A DNA stretch of 43,550 bases from Ascoidea asiatica JCM 7603 (taxonomy: Eukaryota > Fungi > Ascomycota), in NCBI GenBank assembly GCA_001600695.1, contig BCKQ01000004.1:219-43768 (forward strand), in the 5' to 3' direction. A program made the position numbers and the translations under genes. Below, one piece after another: positions 22,662 through 33,639 of this stretch. The notes below the pieces were generated by a model. That model was not told where the DNA came from, ran no database searches, and saw nothing but the letters and a program-made list of their open reading frames with translations. Position 1 is the first letter of the stretch; each line of letters begins with the position of its first letter.

Positions 22662-24049
22662 TTTCGATTTGGATTAATATTAATATTACCTACACAGTAC
22701 TATTAACTAACTGTCGAAAGAAAATATAGGGGAGAGAGAAAATTTGAAAAAAATTTTGGGCAAATGTGAGATATTGATATATTACTATACTTTATTGAAA
22801 GATTATATTACTATAATGTATTGGAAGATTATATTAATACAGTATTTATCAATTATATTGAGATATTATGTACAGTTTTTGATTGCAGCTGTAGAACGAG
22901 ATTTTAAATTGATGGATAATTTATGAAAAATATATTATTGAATATTGATATTGAATTATCATAAAATATTGGTGATAGAATTATAAGTAATAAAATAAAT
23001 TGCTTTATCAACAGAATAAATTATTACAGTAGACTAAGTACAATTGAAAGAATATATTTAGAAAACAAGATTGAAAAGGGGGATATTAGAATTTTTTGAC
23101 TGTAATTTTCATTAGAAAAAGGTTGTAAGCAAATATTGAAGAAGAGTACTGGACTCCTGTACTGTGGTGGGCTTACTTCAAAGAACATTAGTGATAATAA
23201 CTACTACTACCTCTACTGTAGATAGTAGTGGTGGTAGTTAGTACGTAGTGTACGGTAGGTAGTATTAATACTGGCGGTAATACGGTTGGTAGTGATAAGC
23301 GTGATATCTGATAAGGTTAAACTACTGTACCTTGGCAGTAGAAATTCTGGGAAATAATTGTATTTGTGCTTGCGTTTATGGACCCGCAAAATTGCAGTTG
23401 CTTTCAATAATGTAACGTTACTGGTGGTATGAGGCTTAACGATGCGGGAAGAGTTTCTAGCTTAGCACGTGCTATAATTAAAAGGATCAGATATGAAGAG
23501 CAAAATATATTCTTAAGATGCAAAGGGTAACATGTCAATGTTATTCATCAGCCATGTTAAAAGATCCAACTATGAGTTTCAAATACACGGGATTCTTTGA
23601 GACCAATACTGTGGAATTATGTTTTTTTTTTACATTCACAAGACTCTCCAAAACCGGCATTGAATTTAATTTACTATTAGATGTATTATTCCAGGTAGGA
23701 TGCATGAAGAAAATTACAAATATTACCAAACTGATCACGTGATATTTTGGTCTCTGGGAATTATTATTGAGATTTTGAGGTAAACAACTTGACATTGGGA
23801 TGGTGTAAGTCTGCAAGCTTGTTTAGAGAGCGTGAGTGCTTAGAAATAGCATATATTTAAAATATATTGAATCTACAGTCGATAGAGTAACTTTGCAATA
23901 TATCAGTTGTTTTATCTACTACTTTATCCATTACAGTAAAATTGCGGTGATAAATTTATACAATTATCCTTGTATATAGATTTTGAAATGAATACTGCAT
24001 AGACAGTAGTAATGCTAAATGGACAAAGTTTAGGGTTCGATATCCTCAA

Positions 24050-24058
24050 GTCACAAAA
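24050..24058 (+). promoter_or_regulatory. Candidate middle sporulation element (Ndt80 site) upstream of IME2
   Basis: GTCACAAAA fits GNCRCAAAW. A second core, CGCAAAA, lies on the minus strand at ~24733-24739. The motif is short, so a chance match is possible. Confidence 0.3.
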
Positions 24059-24837
24059 GGCTACCAGAAATACAAATACAGAACTAAGGTACTAGAGTTA
24101 CTATACTGTTATGATAAAATTAGTATTAACTAGACAGAAAATAAAGAAATATGCATTTGTGTTTTGATTGCAAGGATAGAACGAGGTTGTAAAGTTAAGT
24201 TGTTCTACAAATAGCAAAAATGATAATAAAAAATACAACAGTCGCTATAGAAGGGAAAACCGCAGTTTTGACAAGGTGCATATAACAAAGAGCCATAAAT
24301 GGAGGTCATGGGTCATTCGTCTGTTGCGTCAGGTACTCTGACCTAGCTCTTGTAGGTAATAGCTACGTTACTATAGTCTCGGTACATGAATTTCACCTTT
24401 CAAGCTTGTTTTTATTTGCGATTCCTCTTAATCATTTCTCCTTAAGATCGATACTTTTATGTGTGAATGTTTCCATATATTGATGGTTCTGGATATTCAT
24501 ATGCTTCGTGATTTGCTACTTCTATGATTTAATCTTTCAATGCTTCACTTCTCTTTTGTTTTGGTATTTCCTTTTTTAGACTTTGGTGTTTTCAATCAAT
24601 TCAATCATTATAATGGCGATGAAGGTAGGTGCTATTAATTGATGGTGTTAATGGTGTTAATGGTACCAAGACGGTTATAATTATTTCACACTTTAATTAT
24701 ATTACTATTCTATAAAAGCCAGTGATAATTCTTTTTGCGTGTCTTTCCATTAGTTGATTCTCTTTACTTTTGTAATTTTGGAGAACAACTGGAATTTAAT
24801 TTTAAAGCTACTTTAAACTAATTAATCTATTAAAACT

Positions 24838-24914
24838 AGAATCCAAATCCAAATCCAAATCCAAATCTAAATCCAAATCCAAATCAGAATACAAATACAA
24901 GTCCAAATCCAAAT
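24838..24914 (+). repeat. (AAATCC)n hexamer tandem repeat in the IME2 upstream region
   Basis: About 12 imperfect copies: AAATCC, AAATCT, AAATCA, AAATAC. Confidence 0.9.
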
Positions 24915-25195
24915 TAATATTATAATTAAAATCAATCAATTTCGTTTTCTATTGTTTCCTATCTATTCTCGTCGAATTTCATTCAAAGTTACTTATAATT
25001 CTGAAATATTATTTCTTTACCTTACTTTTTTTTATTTAATTTCCGCTTTCATTAAATTGTACACTTTCTAAACTGAATATCTGCTTTAAAAATTTATTTT
25101 GTCAATTTTAGTAAGCGCTACAACTACTTTTGATTTTTTTCAGAATATTTATGTTACAATTTTTCTTGGATTAGTATTTATTAAATATAATAAAA

Positions 25196-27532
25196 ATGCC
25201 CCAAGAACAAATGAGTAATAATCTTCTTCCTTCAGATATTGATTCTAGTCAATCCTTTTTGCCATTACATTCATTATCTGATTATTATCATGTTGTTTCA
25301 CAATTAGGTACTGGAAGTTTTGGTTCTGTTGTTTTAGCTAAAAGAAGGTTTGATTCGATTGGCAAAAATCAGAATCAGAATCAGAATCAGAATCAGAATC
25401 AGAATCAGAATCAAAATCAAAATCAAAATCAAAATCAGTTTCAGTTTCAAAATTTAAATTTTAAAATTAATTCAAAAAATACTTTAATGAATCCAATTCC
25501 AGGCGTGACTGATTTAACTTCTCGATTAGTTGCAATTAAAACAATGAATAAAAGATTGAATTCCTTACATGATTATACAAGAGTCAAAGATATAATATTT
25601 GTATTGTCAATTCCTTCTCATCCAAATTTAGTTTACATTTATGAGTGTTTTATAGATAATTTAAAATTTCAGCTTCATATAGTGATGGAAGCAATGAATC
25701 AAAATTTATATCAATTAATGAAGATTAGAAAAAATTCCTTATTTTCTTCTTCCACAATTAAAAGCATTCTTTCTCAAATATTAGCTGCTATTTCTCATAT
25801 ACATCAAAATAACTATTATCATAGAGATGTTAAACCTGAAAATATTTTAGTAATGCCAACTAATGGATATTATTTACCACCTTCAATTCAGCAAGGAAAA
25901 TTCAAACATCCTTATTTAATTAAGTTAGCTGATTATGGCTTAGCAAGACATGTGAATGATAAAACTCCTTTTACCGCTTATGTTTCAACCAGATGGTATA
26001 GATCTCCTGAAATTTTATTAAGACAAAAGCATTACTCCTGCCCTGTTGATATATGGGCGTTTGGTGCAGTTGCTGCCGAAATTGCAACATTTAAGCCTCT
26101 CTTTCCTGGTATTAATGAAATTAATCAAATTGATTTATTACTAAAAATTCTGGGCTCTCCTATTCCCTCAAATTTTCTCAATAATCAGTTAAATGGGTCT
26201 GAACGATTTTCTGAAATTATAAATGATGAAAATCAATATGCCACTAATAATTTTCATAATATTCCTACAGGAGGATTTTGGCCTGAAGCTCAAATCTTGG
26301 CTACAAATATGGGACTTCAATTACCTATATTAAATGGAATGCTTATTCACAATATTGTCCAACGTCCAGAATTGAGAGAATTATGTGATGTAATAAAAAG
26401 ATGTTTAACATGGGATCCAATTTTAAGAGCAAATGCTAAAACATTATGTTTACTCCCTTTTTTCAGAAATACAATTGTTCATGATTCTCCTTATAATTCT
26501 TCTTCTACTCAAAATAACTATGGTTCTATGACTTCTGTTTTATCAAATAATGTTTTATCTTCTACAATTCATTCTAGTAACCAAAATGAAAATAAATTCG
26601 AAATAAATCCAAAATCTGAATTATTTGCTGGTATGTGTTTGAGTAAAAATTCTCCTACAGAACATTCTTTAATAAAATCTAGTGCAACTACCAAATCGAA
26701 AACAAAGCATATCGGCCTCAAAAAAGGGTTTACCCTAAATAATACTTTCTCAAATGTAGAAATCTCATCCAAAATCAAGGGTCTTAAAAAAAAAGGAGTA
26801 GCAGAACCTTTGACTTTGATTGAAAAATCTTCTACACACTCAAATTTATTTCCAAAAAACTCGTTGCGAAAACCCCAAGATGCATTAATTTCTTCAATTT
26901 TTTCAAAATCCAAAAGCCTCAAAAGGAAACAGAAACCCACTTCTCAATTAAATGAACAAAAAAAGATCATTTCCACCAGTTATTTAAATAATCAAACAGA
27001 TAATAACGTTATTGATTCAGTAGGCATATTTTTTGATAACAGTAAACAAAAGGTTTCCAGTAATATTGTTCAAAACTGTAATAGTAACCTTACAAAAAAG
27101 AATGATGCAATTTTTTCCAATATAAAACCGGGAACTTATATACACTCTAATAAAACTACTGAAGTAGTAGATACACAACCACCTTCAAAAGATCTTAAAT
27201 GTGAACTAACTTCCAGAAGTACTGTGGGAAGTACTGATGATGATACTGAATTGATGCTTCTCAAAAACCTAGAGAATATCAATCCTAATTTTTGTGGGGG
27301 TGAATTTATTCCAGATACCAAAGTCAAAAATAGCCAAACTAACGAAAGCCAAATTGGTGAAAATTATGAGCAGGTTATGAATTATTCCAACATGAAACAC
27401 CTTAACAGAGAAAATAATCCTGGAGATATTGGTAATCAAAATACTACTTATATGGAAGATTCTAATAACAGTGTTGCAATTGATTTTATGGATATTATGA
27501 ATGTAACAGAAGATATTGATTTTATAACATAG
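25196..27532 (+). CDS. IME2: Meiosis-induction kinase Ime2 (MAK/ICK family), 778 aa
   Basis: LGTGSFGSV, LVAIKTM..RL..L.DYTRV, QLHIVMEAMNQNLYQLMK, HRDVKPENIL and the activation loop FTAYVSTRWYRSPEILLR (TxY), followed by a long unstructured C-terminal tail. Confidence 0.95.
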   Translation: MPQEQMSNNLLPSDIDSSQSFLPLHSLSDYYHVVSQLGTGSFGSVVLAKRRFDSIGKNQNQNQNQNQNQNQNQNQNQNQNQFQFQNLNFKINSKNTLMNPIPGVTDLTSRLVAIKTMNKRLNSLHDYTRVKDIIFVLSIPSHPNLVYIYECFIDNLKFQLHIVMEAMNQNLYQLMKIRKNSLFSSSTIKSILSQILAAISHIHQNNYYHRDVKPENILVMPTNGYYLPPSIQQGKFKHPYLIKLADYGLARHVNDKTPFTAYVSTRWYRSPEILLRQKHYSCPVDIWAFGAVAAEIATFKPLFPGINEINQIDLLLKILGSPIPSNFLNNQLNGSERFSEIINDENQYATNNFHNIPTGGFWPEAQILATNMGLQLPILNGMLIHNIVQRPELRELCDVIKRCLTWDPILRANAKTLCLLPFFRNTIVHDSPYNSSSTQNNYGSMTSVLSNNVLSSTIHSSNQNENKFEINPKSELFAGMCLSKNSPTEHSLIKSSATTKSKTKHIGLKKGFTLNNTFSNVEISSKIKGLKKKGVAEPLTLIEKSSTHSNLFPKNSLRKPQDALISSIFSKSKSLKRKQKPTSQLNEQKKIISTSYLNNQTDNNVIDSVGIFFDNSKQKVSSNIVQNCNSNLTKKNDAIFSNIKPGTYIHSNKTTEVVDTQPPSKDLKCELTSRSTVGSTDDDTELMLLKNLENINPNFCGGEFIPDTKVKNSQTNESQIGENYEQVMNYSNMKHLNRENNPGDIGNQNTTYMEDSNNSVAIDFMDIMNVTEDIDFIT
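25367..25438 (+). repeat. (AATCAG/AATCAA)n encoding a poly-NQ insert in the Ime2 N-lobe
   Basis: 12 NQ units between the Gly-rich loop and the VAIK lysine. Confidence 0.95.
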
Positions 27533-29302
27533 AAGATCAAGTTAGGAAATCAAAGTATCTTTTTCAAAATGAATTCTCTGTTATGGTTCTGAACTGCTAA
27601 TATTCCAGCTTTAAGGTTTCACTATTTTGTTGTAGTGTTCATCGATCTATTCTGAGCCTGAAAATAAAAAAAAGTTTCGCCATGGTAATAATAATTTTAT
27701 AGTCACATTGTTTGAATCTGTTCATGGGTTTCGGATGCTTTTATGTAGTAGCTATATATTCATCGCGGTAATTACAGGAATAAGTAAAACCCACAATAAA
27801 AAAGGAAGATTTTATCCTTAGGTTTTTGTGTTAACATTTTTGTGTATCGTAATTTTAAATTTTACGATTGATTTAATAGATATGTTCATTCATTGAAATT
27901 AAGCAATACTCTTTAATTTTTGAAAAGTATCTTTTTTGGCATTCCACTAGATCAAATTAGACTCCTACACTTCTTTTTTGATAAAGAATCTTCAATCTCC
28001 CTATTTTAGCTCATTCAGTACATTTCAAATCAGAGTTTTTAGCTAAAATGAAACACCCTTATTTTTGACTGCAAAATTGGAAAAATATAAAAACTTAAAC
28101 CTAAATCTTCAATTGTATAATTCAATTTATTATCTTTTGATTTTTCTTTTATTATAAAATTGATTTTCTAGTATTGTTTGACATTTTGAATAATGAAATA
28201 GGTAAATATGCATGAAATGCTGGTTACCCATTCATGAATATCAACGCTAAAAAACAAATAATGATTACTTGTTTAATACCTTTCATTCGCAAGTAACATA
28301 AGTAAGAAAATATATCTCAAATATTTATATACATTATGACCTTAGCAGTAATTTATGTCAAAGCTCACTTCAATTAACAAATTATATTTTATTTTTTAAA
28401 AAAAGAGTTTACTACTTTCAAATAAAATTTAAATACTATATTGTATTGCCCAATTTTTTCAAGTTAATTAAAAAAAATAGTTGAACAAATAGAATTTACA
28501 AAAGTTGATTAGCATTTCAATCTAATGAATTGCAGTAATGTTACTGACAAAAATTTATATTCCAAGCTAAAATATCTAATTTCTCATGTAGTTTAAATTG
28601 TATTTTCATTTAGATTAGATTAATAAAATTACAAAAAGTTCTATTAAAAGAGTGTATACAAGTATCGGGTTTTATTGAATGCATTTGAATTTTTTTGGAC
28701 ACGATAAAGACAAAATTAATTTAAATTGGTTATCAACTTTCTAAAAAACATCTGAGCTTATAAGTGCAAATTCATAAAAAAAAAGTCATTAAAAGCAATA
28801 AAAAAATTAGATTTGCTAAATTAAATTTTCTTTTCATTAACATTCAGTTATTGAATTTTCTTAATGATATTGCCAAATTTGAAAAGTACTTACCCAAGCT
28901 AACCAAATAATAGGTATTGAATAGATCTTAAAATTTTATGAAAGAACTATTAATTTTCCTTTGACTGAGCATTGAAAAAAAAAAATATTTGAACCTTAGT
29001 CTAGACTTCAAATAAATGCGTTTATTCAAATAGTCCTTTTTTTGTCGATGATTATTATTTAATCCAAAAAATAATTAGTAAATTCAAATATTTGACTTTC
29101 CAACTAGTTTCTTATATTTCTTTCACTGTCACTCAAATAATTGGAAATTAGACTAAAATATATAGAATAAGCACGTTGAGTCATCACTTTAAAAATATGA
29201 ACATGTATTATTTATTGTATAATATAAATTTTATACGATTTATATATCTTATAACTTTATTTATTTACATAGCCTATTCACAAAATTCAAACATAAGATT
29301 AA

Positions 29303-31907
29303 TTAGTCTTCTAATATTTTCTTAGCTAGATAATCGGCTTTTTCATTTCCATAATTACCATTATGCCCATCAATAAATTCAATGACCAAATTTGGTATTC
29401 GCTCATTGAAATAAATCTGATTAATTTCTTTTATTAGTTCAACACCAGGGTGAATTAAATCAATGTTTTTGATATTATATCCATCTTTAGTTTTCCAAAG
29501 ATTTTTTTCCCACAGTTTGTACCAAATTGTAAAGCATGAAACTGAATATAAACTATCTGTTAAAATTCTATAATGACTGATTTTACTATTTTCAACTAAA
29601 TTTCCATTAGTATTACTATTGCTGTTATTATTTACAAAAATCTCTTTTCTTATTACAAATAGCGCATAAACTACTGCTGAAAGTTCCGCTCTTTGACTTG
29701 TTTGCATACCAACAACTTTTCCTGAAAAATTTCTCTTGTCTTTGTCACCAAAAAAACAACTAAACCCTGCTTTTGAATTAATTCGCCCATTTTTTAAGCA
29801 TGCTCCATCTGTATATACATCAAATGTCTTCAAAGAAAAAGGATTACTTATTGAACTATTGGGCACTTGAATAAGACTAACCAAATTATTATAATGATTA
29901 CTACTATTTTTATCAAATGGTATATTATCATTGCAGGTTGTTTTACAAAAGGGTTCTTTTATAGTACCATTAGATATGGCAGAAGTTGTATAAGCTTTTG
30001 AATCAACACTCCATTTGGTTGATTTGAAAGAAGTTTCGGTATTAGATGAAATAACATTGCTGTCAGTATCAGTAAAAGAAGCAGCATTGATTTCTTTTTC
30101 CTGAGATTTAATTGTAGTAGAAACAATTGAATTCATATCTTCCGTGCTAATTAATGTGGCTTCTGAAACTTTACCAGAAATAATATTTTCAAGAGTCAAA
30201 AGCTTTTGGGCTTCTTTTAGTTTTAGACGAAATTTTAAGTTTAATTTCATTTTCATTTTCTGAAGTTTTTTTTTCTCACTTTTTAATTCCGCCTTACTCA
30301 TGTTTTTGATACTTTTTTGGCTAGATATTTTGTTGTTAAGAGTGACTTGTTTATTGGAAACAACCTCAAGAGTTGATTCACTTTTGTCTTCTTTTATAGC
30401 AGCTTTCTGTGTAGCTTTCCGTATGGCTTTCTCAGATGATTTTTTTGCCTTTTTAGATTGCTTTTTCCCACTTTTAGTTTCATCTTTTTTTTCCCCTCCT
30501 TTCTTCGTTTTATGTGATCCAAATTGTGGATATGAAAACGATAGACTATCAGAGGAAAATTCAACATCTGATTCATCATAGAACTCATCATAGATCTCAT
30601 CATAGATCTCATCATCAGACACATCACATAAATCATTATCAATTGCATCATAAGGCTGATTATCAAGCTCATTCTCAATTGGAAAGTCCGTTAATTTCTC
30701 ATCATTTTCATTTACTTCAATTTTTTTTATTATTTCGTTTTCTGTTTTACCCTGAACATTTTCTTCTGCAATAGTTTTATTTTCTGTTCGATCATTTGAA
30801 TTATTTTCATTTGTTGAGATGTTCTCTTTTTCATTTTTACAGTGAGTTATAGTAGTAAGAAAAGCATCTTTATCTATAATAGGACCCTTCTTTTTAACAG
30901 TTTGGAACTTACTTTCAATATCTTCATCTTTGGTTTTAATTTTAGTCTCAGTGCGATTTATAGTACCAATGACATGATCATTTATCAAGTTAATTTCATC
31001 TTTAAGTAAATCATTCTTATTCTCTATGATTTCATTAACAGCTAAAAAGGTGCCTTGTGCTTTTTTTTTATCATTCACTTCTACTTCAGGTATCAATGGA
31101 AGAACTTTATTAATATTTTCTTCAAAACTACTTTCATTAAACAGGTTACATGCATCTTTAGCAATTGTAACTTCTTTGAATTTCTGTGTAATTGTATTTT
31201 TTTCTTTTTTAAAAAAACCATCTTCATTTTTGTAATTTGAATTCAATTCTATTTCAAAATTATTCTTCATGACCGTATTCATATAATTACGCAAATTAAT
31301 TTTATTTTGAGGGTCGTTTGTTTCTCGCCCTTTTGGTTCATTATTAACTAGTATTCCCTCGTTAATTTTATTGATATTTTTGATTTCATTTATATTAACA
31401 ATGCCGGGCTCATCACTTAAATGGGAATCGTTTAAAAATAGGCTATTTATTCCATTTTTTATGTTACATTCATCAATTGTTGCGTTTTTAACCCTTGAGG
31501 AATCAATCAAATTTTCATTTATTTTACAATAGATTGAAGATGAACTCCCTATACTATCATAATTATTCTTAAAATCAGTTTTGGGAATATTATTAATGTA
31601 GCTCAAGTTTTTATGTAAACTATCATTAGAATTATTATAATTTATGAGTGAATTCAATAAAAAATTTTCAGCATCTAATCGTGAATCAAACTTTTTAAAA
31701 ATAGCTCCTTGAACTCCCCTTATCTGGGATTGACAAGAATCCCACGTTTCATATATTCCTGGCTTTAACCCTTTTAACAAATAATGATTAGAATTTATTA
31801 CAAAATATTTAAGAATGTACAATACACATAGACAAAGATATAAAAAGACAAAAACAATATTACTTACCTATTCGAACGGCATAATATCCAAGTCTCTTTG
31901 CACTCAT
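29303..31907 (-). CDS. RNH1: Ribonuclease H1; exons 31907-31868 and 31770-29303 (835 aa)
   Basis: The spliced N-terminus MSAKRLGYYAVRIG/LKPGIYETWDSCQSQIRGVQGAIFKKF is a complete hybrid-binding domain. The C-terminal RNase HI fold keeps all acidic catalytic residues: VYTDGAC, QRAELSA, ILTDSLY, GH..NYGNEKADYLA. Confidence 0.92.
31771..31867 (-). other. Spliceosomal intron in RNH1 (97 nt)
   Basis: GTAAGT donor at 31867-31862, a non-consensus branch TTCTAAT near 31787-31793 and an AAG acceptor ending at 31771. Splicing rebuilds YYAVRIGLKPGIY in frame. Confidence 0.85.
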
Positions 31908-32829
31908 ACCCAACGAAATTTTTTCGAAGAAATTGAAATTTTAACAGACTTGAGCATGAAAATTATCAGTAAAAACATGCACAAAACATAGGACTTCTTT
32001 ATTCCTTAATTTATCAAATTAATAAGTCTTGAGTTTAAATCTATTATTGAAGCGTATTTTCAAATATATTGGAAGAATTCAAGGTGAAAAATTAAATGAA
32101 GAATTTCTGCGGAACAAGAAAAATTATCTGAATGTCACGTTATTTCTTTTGGGGAATCCCAAATAATATCCATCTTAATTTATTACGTACGTAACAATAA
32201 GATTATGATAACCGATGTTGTTAAAAAAACTAAAAGTAAAGATTGGAATAGAAAAAAAAATTATTATAACTTGAGTGATACAAATATTTTCAATGAAAAA
32301 ATTCCATAATATTAGATTATTCTTTATCTGGTTGTGAAAATTTCAATGATGATTAAATGATTATAATATAAAAACAAAAAGAACTTCAAAAAAAAAAGCT
32401 TCAATTATTCTCTCACTTCTTTTCTTATCATTGGATTATTATTTTCAATATTACTACCTATAATTATAAACACAATATGGAAAACAATATTAAAATCTAT
32501 AAATCTTTATATAAATGGTGATTACCTTATTTCGCCTCCATTACCTTTAATTTACGTTTCATATTATTGATTAAGCAAAAAATAATATTAATGGAAAAGA
32601 GATCATTTAATGTTACCAATTAAATGAAAAGATATAATTAATTTCACAGATTCAAAAACCAAACACAAATTCAATAATAATATTTTCAGGTAACAATATT
32701 AAAAAGGTTAATCATATCAATGGTAAAAAAATTTTTATTTTAAAAAAATTTTTTTTTAATCTAAAATTTAAAATATTTAGCATTAAAAAGGATAAATTTG
32801 AAATATAAGAAGGTTTTGAATTTGCAGCG

Positions 32830-33556
32830 GTGGAAGCTTGAAAAATAAAATTAAAGAACCTTGTATGCAAAATTTACAACATCCAAATATAATCTTGGCA
32901 ATATTATTAGCAGATGTTGATTTAACAAATTCATCAGCTTTACAAGCTGCAAAATTAATTGACCCAAATGGTGAAAAAACTATCGGAGTTATAACAAAAA
33001 TGGATTTATTTCAACCAAATTTTTTTATAATAAAGAAATTCTCAAATAAAAAAAAATATCCATTAAAAATGAGATATGTTGAAGTTATAACAAAATTACT
33101 TATAGAACTAACAAATTCTTCATCGATTGTATTTTTTTTTAAAAAAAAATAATAATAGTAATTCTAATAAAAATATTAAATTATGTAATAATTGAAAAAG
33201 ATGTGAAAAAGAATTCTTCAAAATCGAGAATAATAAATATTTGAAAAATTGTAATGTTGGTACAAAAATTTCAAAAAAAAAAATCAATTAAAATTTTAGA
33301 AAATCCAATCTCAAATTCATTAATTCTAACACAGGATGCAGTTTAACAAGAGTTGAAAGATACATCATAAATTTAAAGTTGAATTTAATGATAGAAAATC
33401 AACACCAAAAATTTATTCAACAAGTACTGTACATTTATTAAAATTATCAATAAAAGAGATAAGTAAATGATTTTGTAGAAATAATAAAAACCATTATTAA
33501 GAAGTAAATTAGATCAGTTTTAAATTTATTAGCATTAAGATATTGGGATAAGCCAC
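32830..33556 (+). pseudogene. MGM1: Internal fragment of the mitochondrial dynamin-like GTPase Mgm1
   Basis: LKNKIKEPC...PNIILAILLADVDLTNSSALQAAKLIDPNGEKTIGVITKMDL...KKYPLKMRYVEVITK. Across stops and frameshifts it continues NCNVGTK...IKILE...QELKDTS / FKVEFNDR...LLKLSIKE...KLDQ / LLALRYWDK. This is collinear with the Mgm1 G4 region and middle domain. The P-loop and both termini are missing. Confidence 0.92.
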
Positions 33557-33639
33557 CAATTATTTTAAAAAGTGGTAATAAAATTGAAGATAGATAGATA
33601 CAAAAACTGAATATTTCAAAAGCACCAAAAAATTCAGAA

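Noticed and set aside
8089-22706. Short antisense or alternative-frame ORFs inside BLM10, TEL2 and KIN1/2
   Set aside because: They are shadows of real genes, often from codon bias or (AAT)n repeats, with no recognisable motifs.
22744-23816. ORFs of 60-91 aa in the KIN1/2-IME2 intergenic region
   Set aside because: They are short, several start at non-ATG codons, and none resembles a known family.
29303-31907. Retrotransposon-derived RNase H
   Set aside because: It has the cellular hybrid-binding domain and an intron, with no RT, integrase or LTRs nearby.
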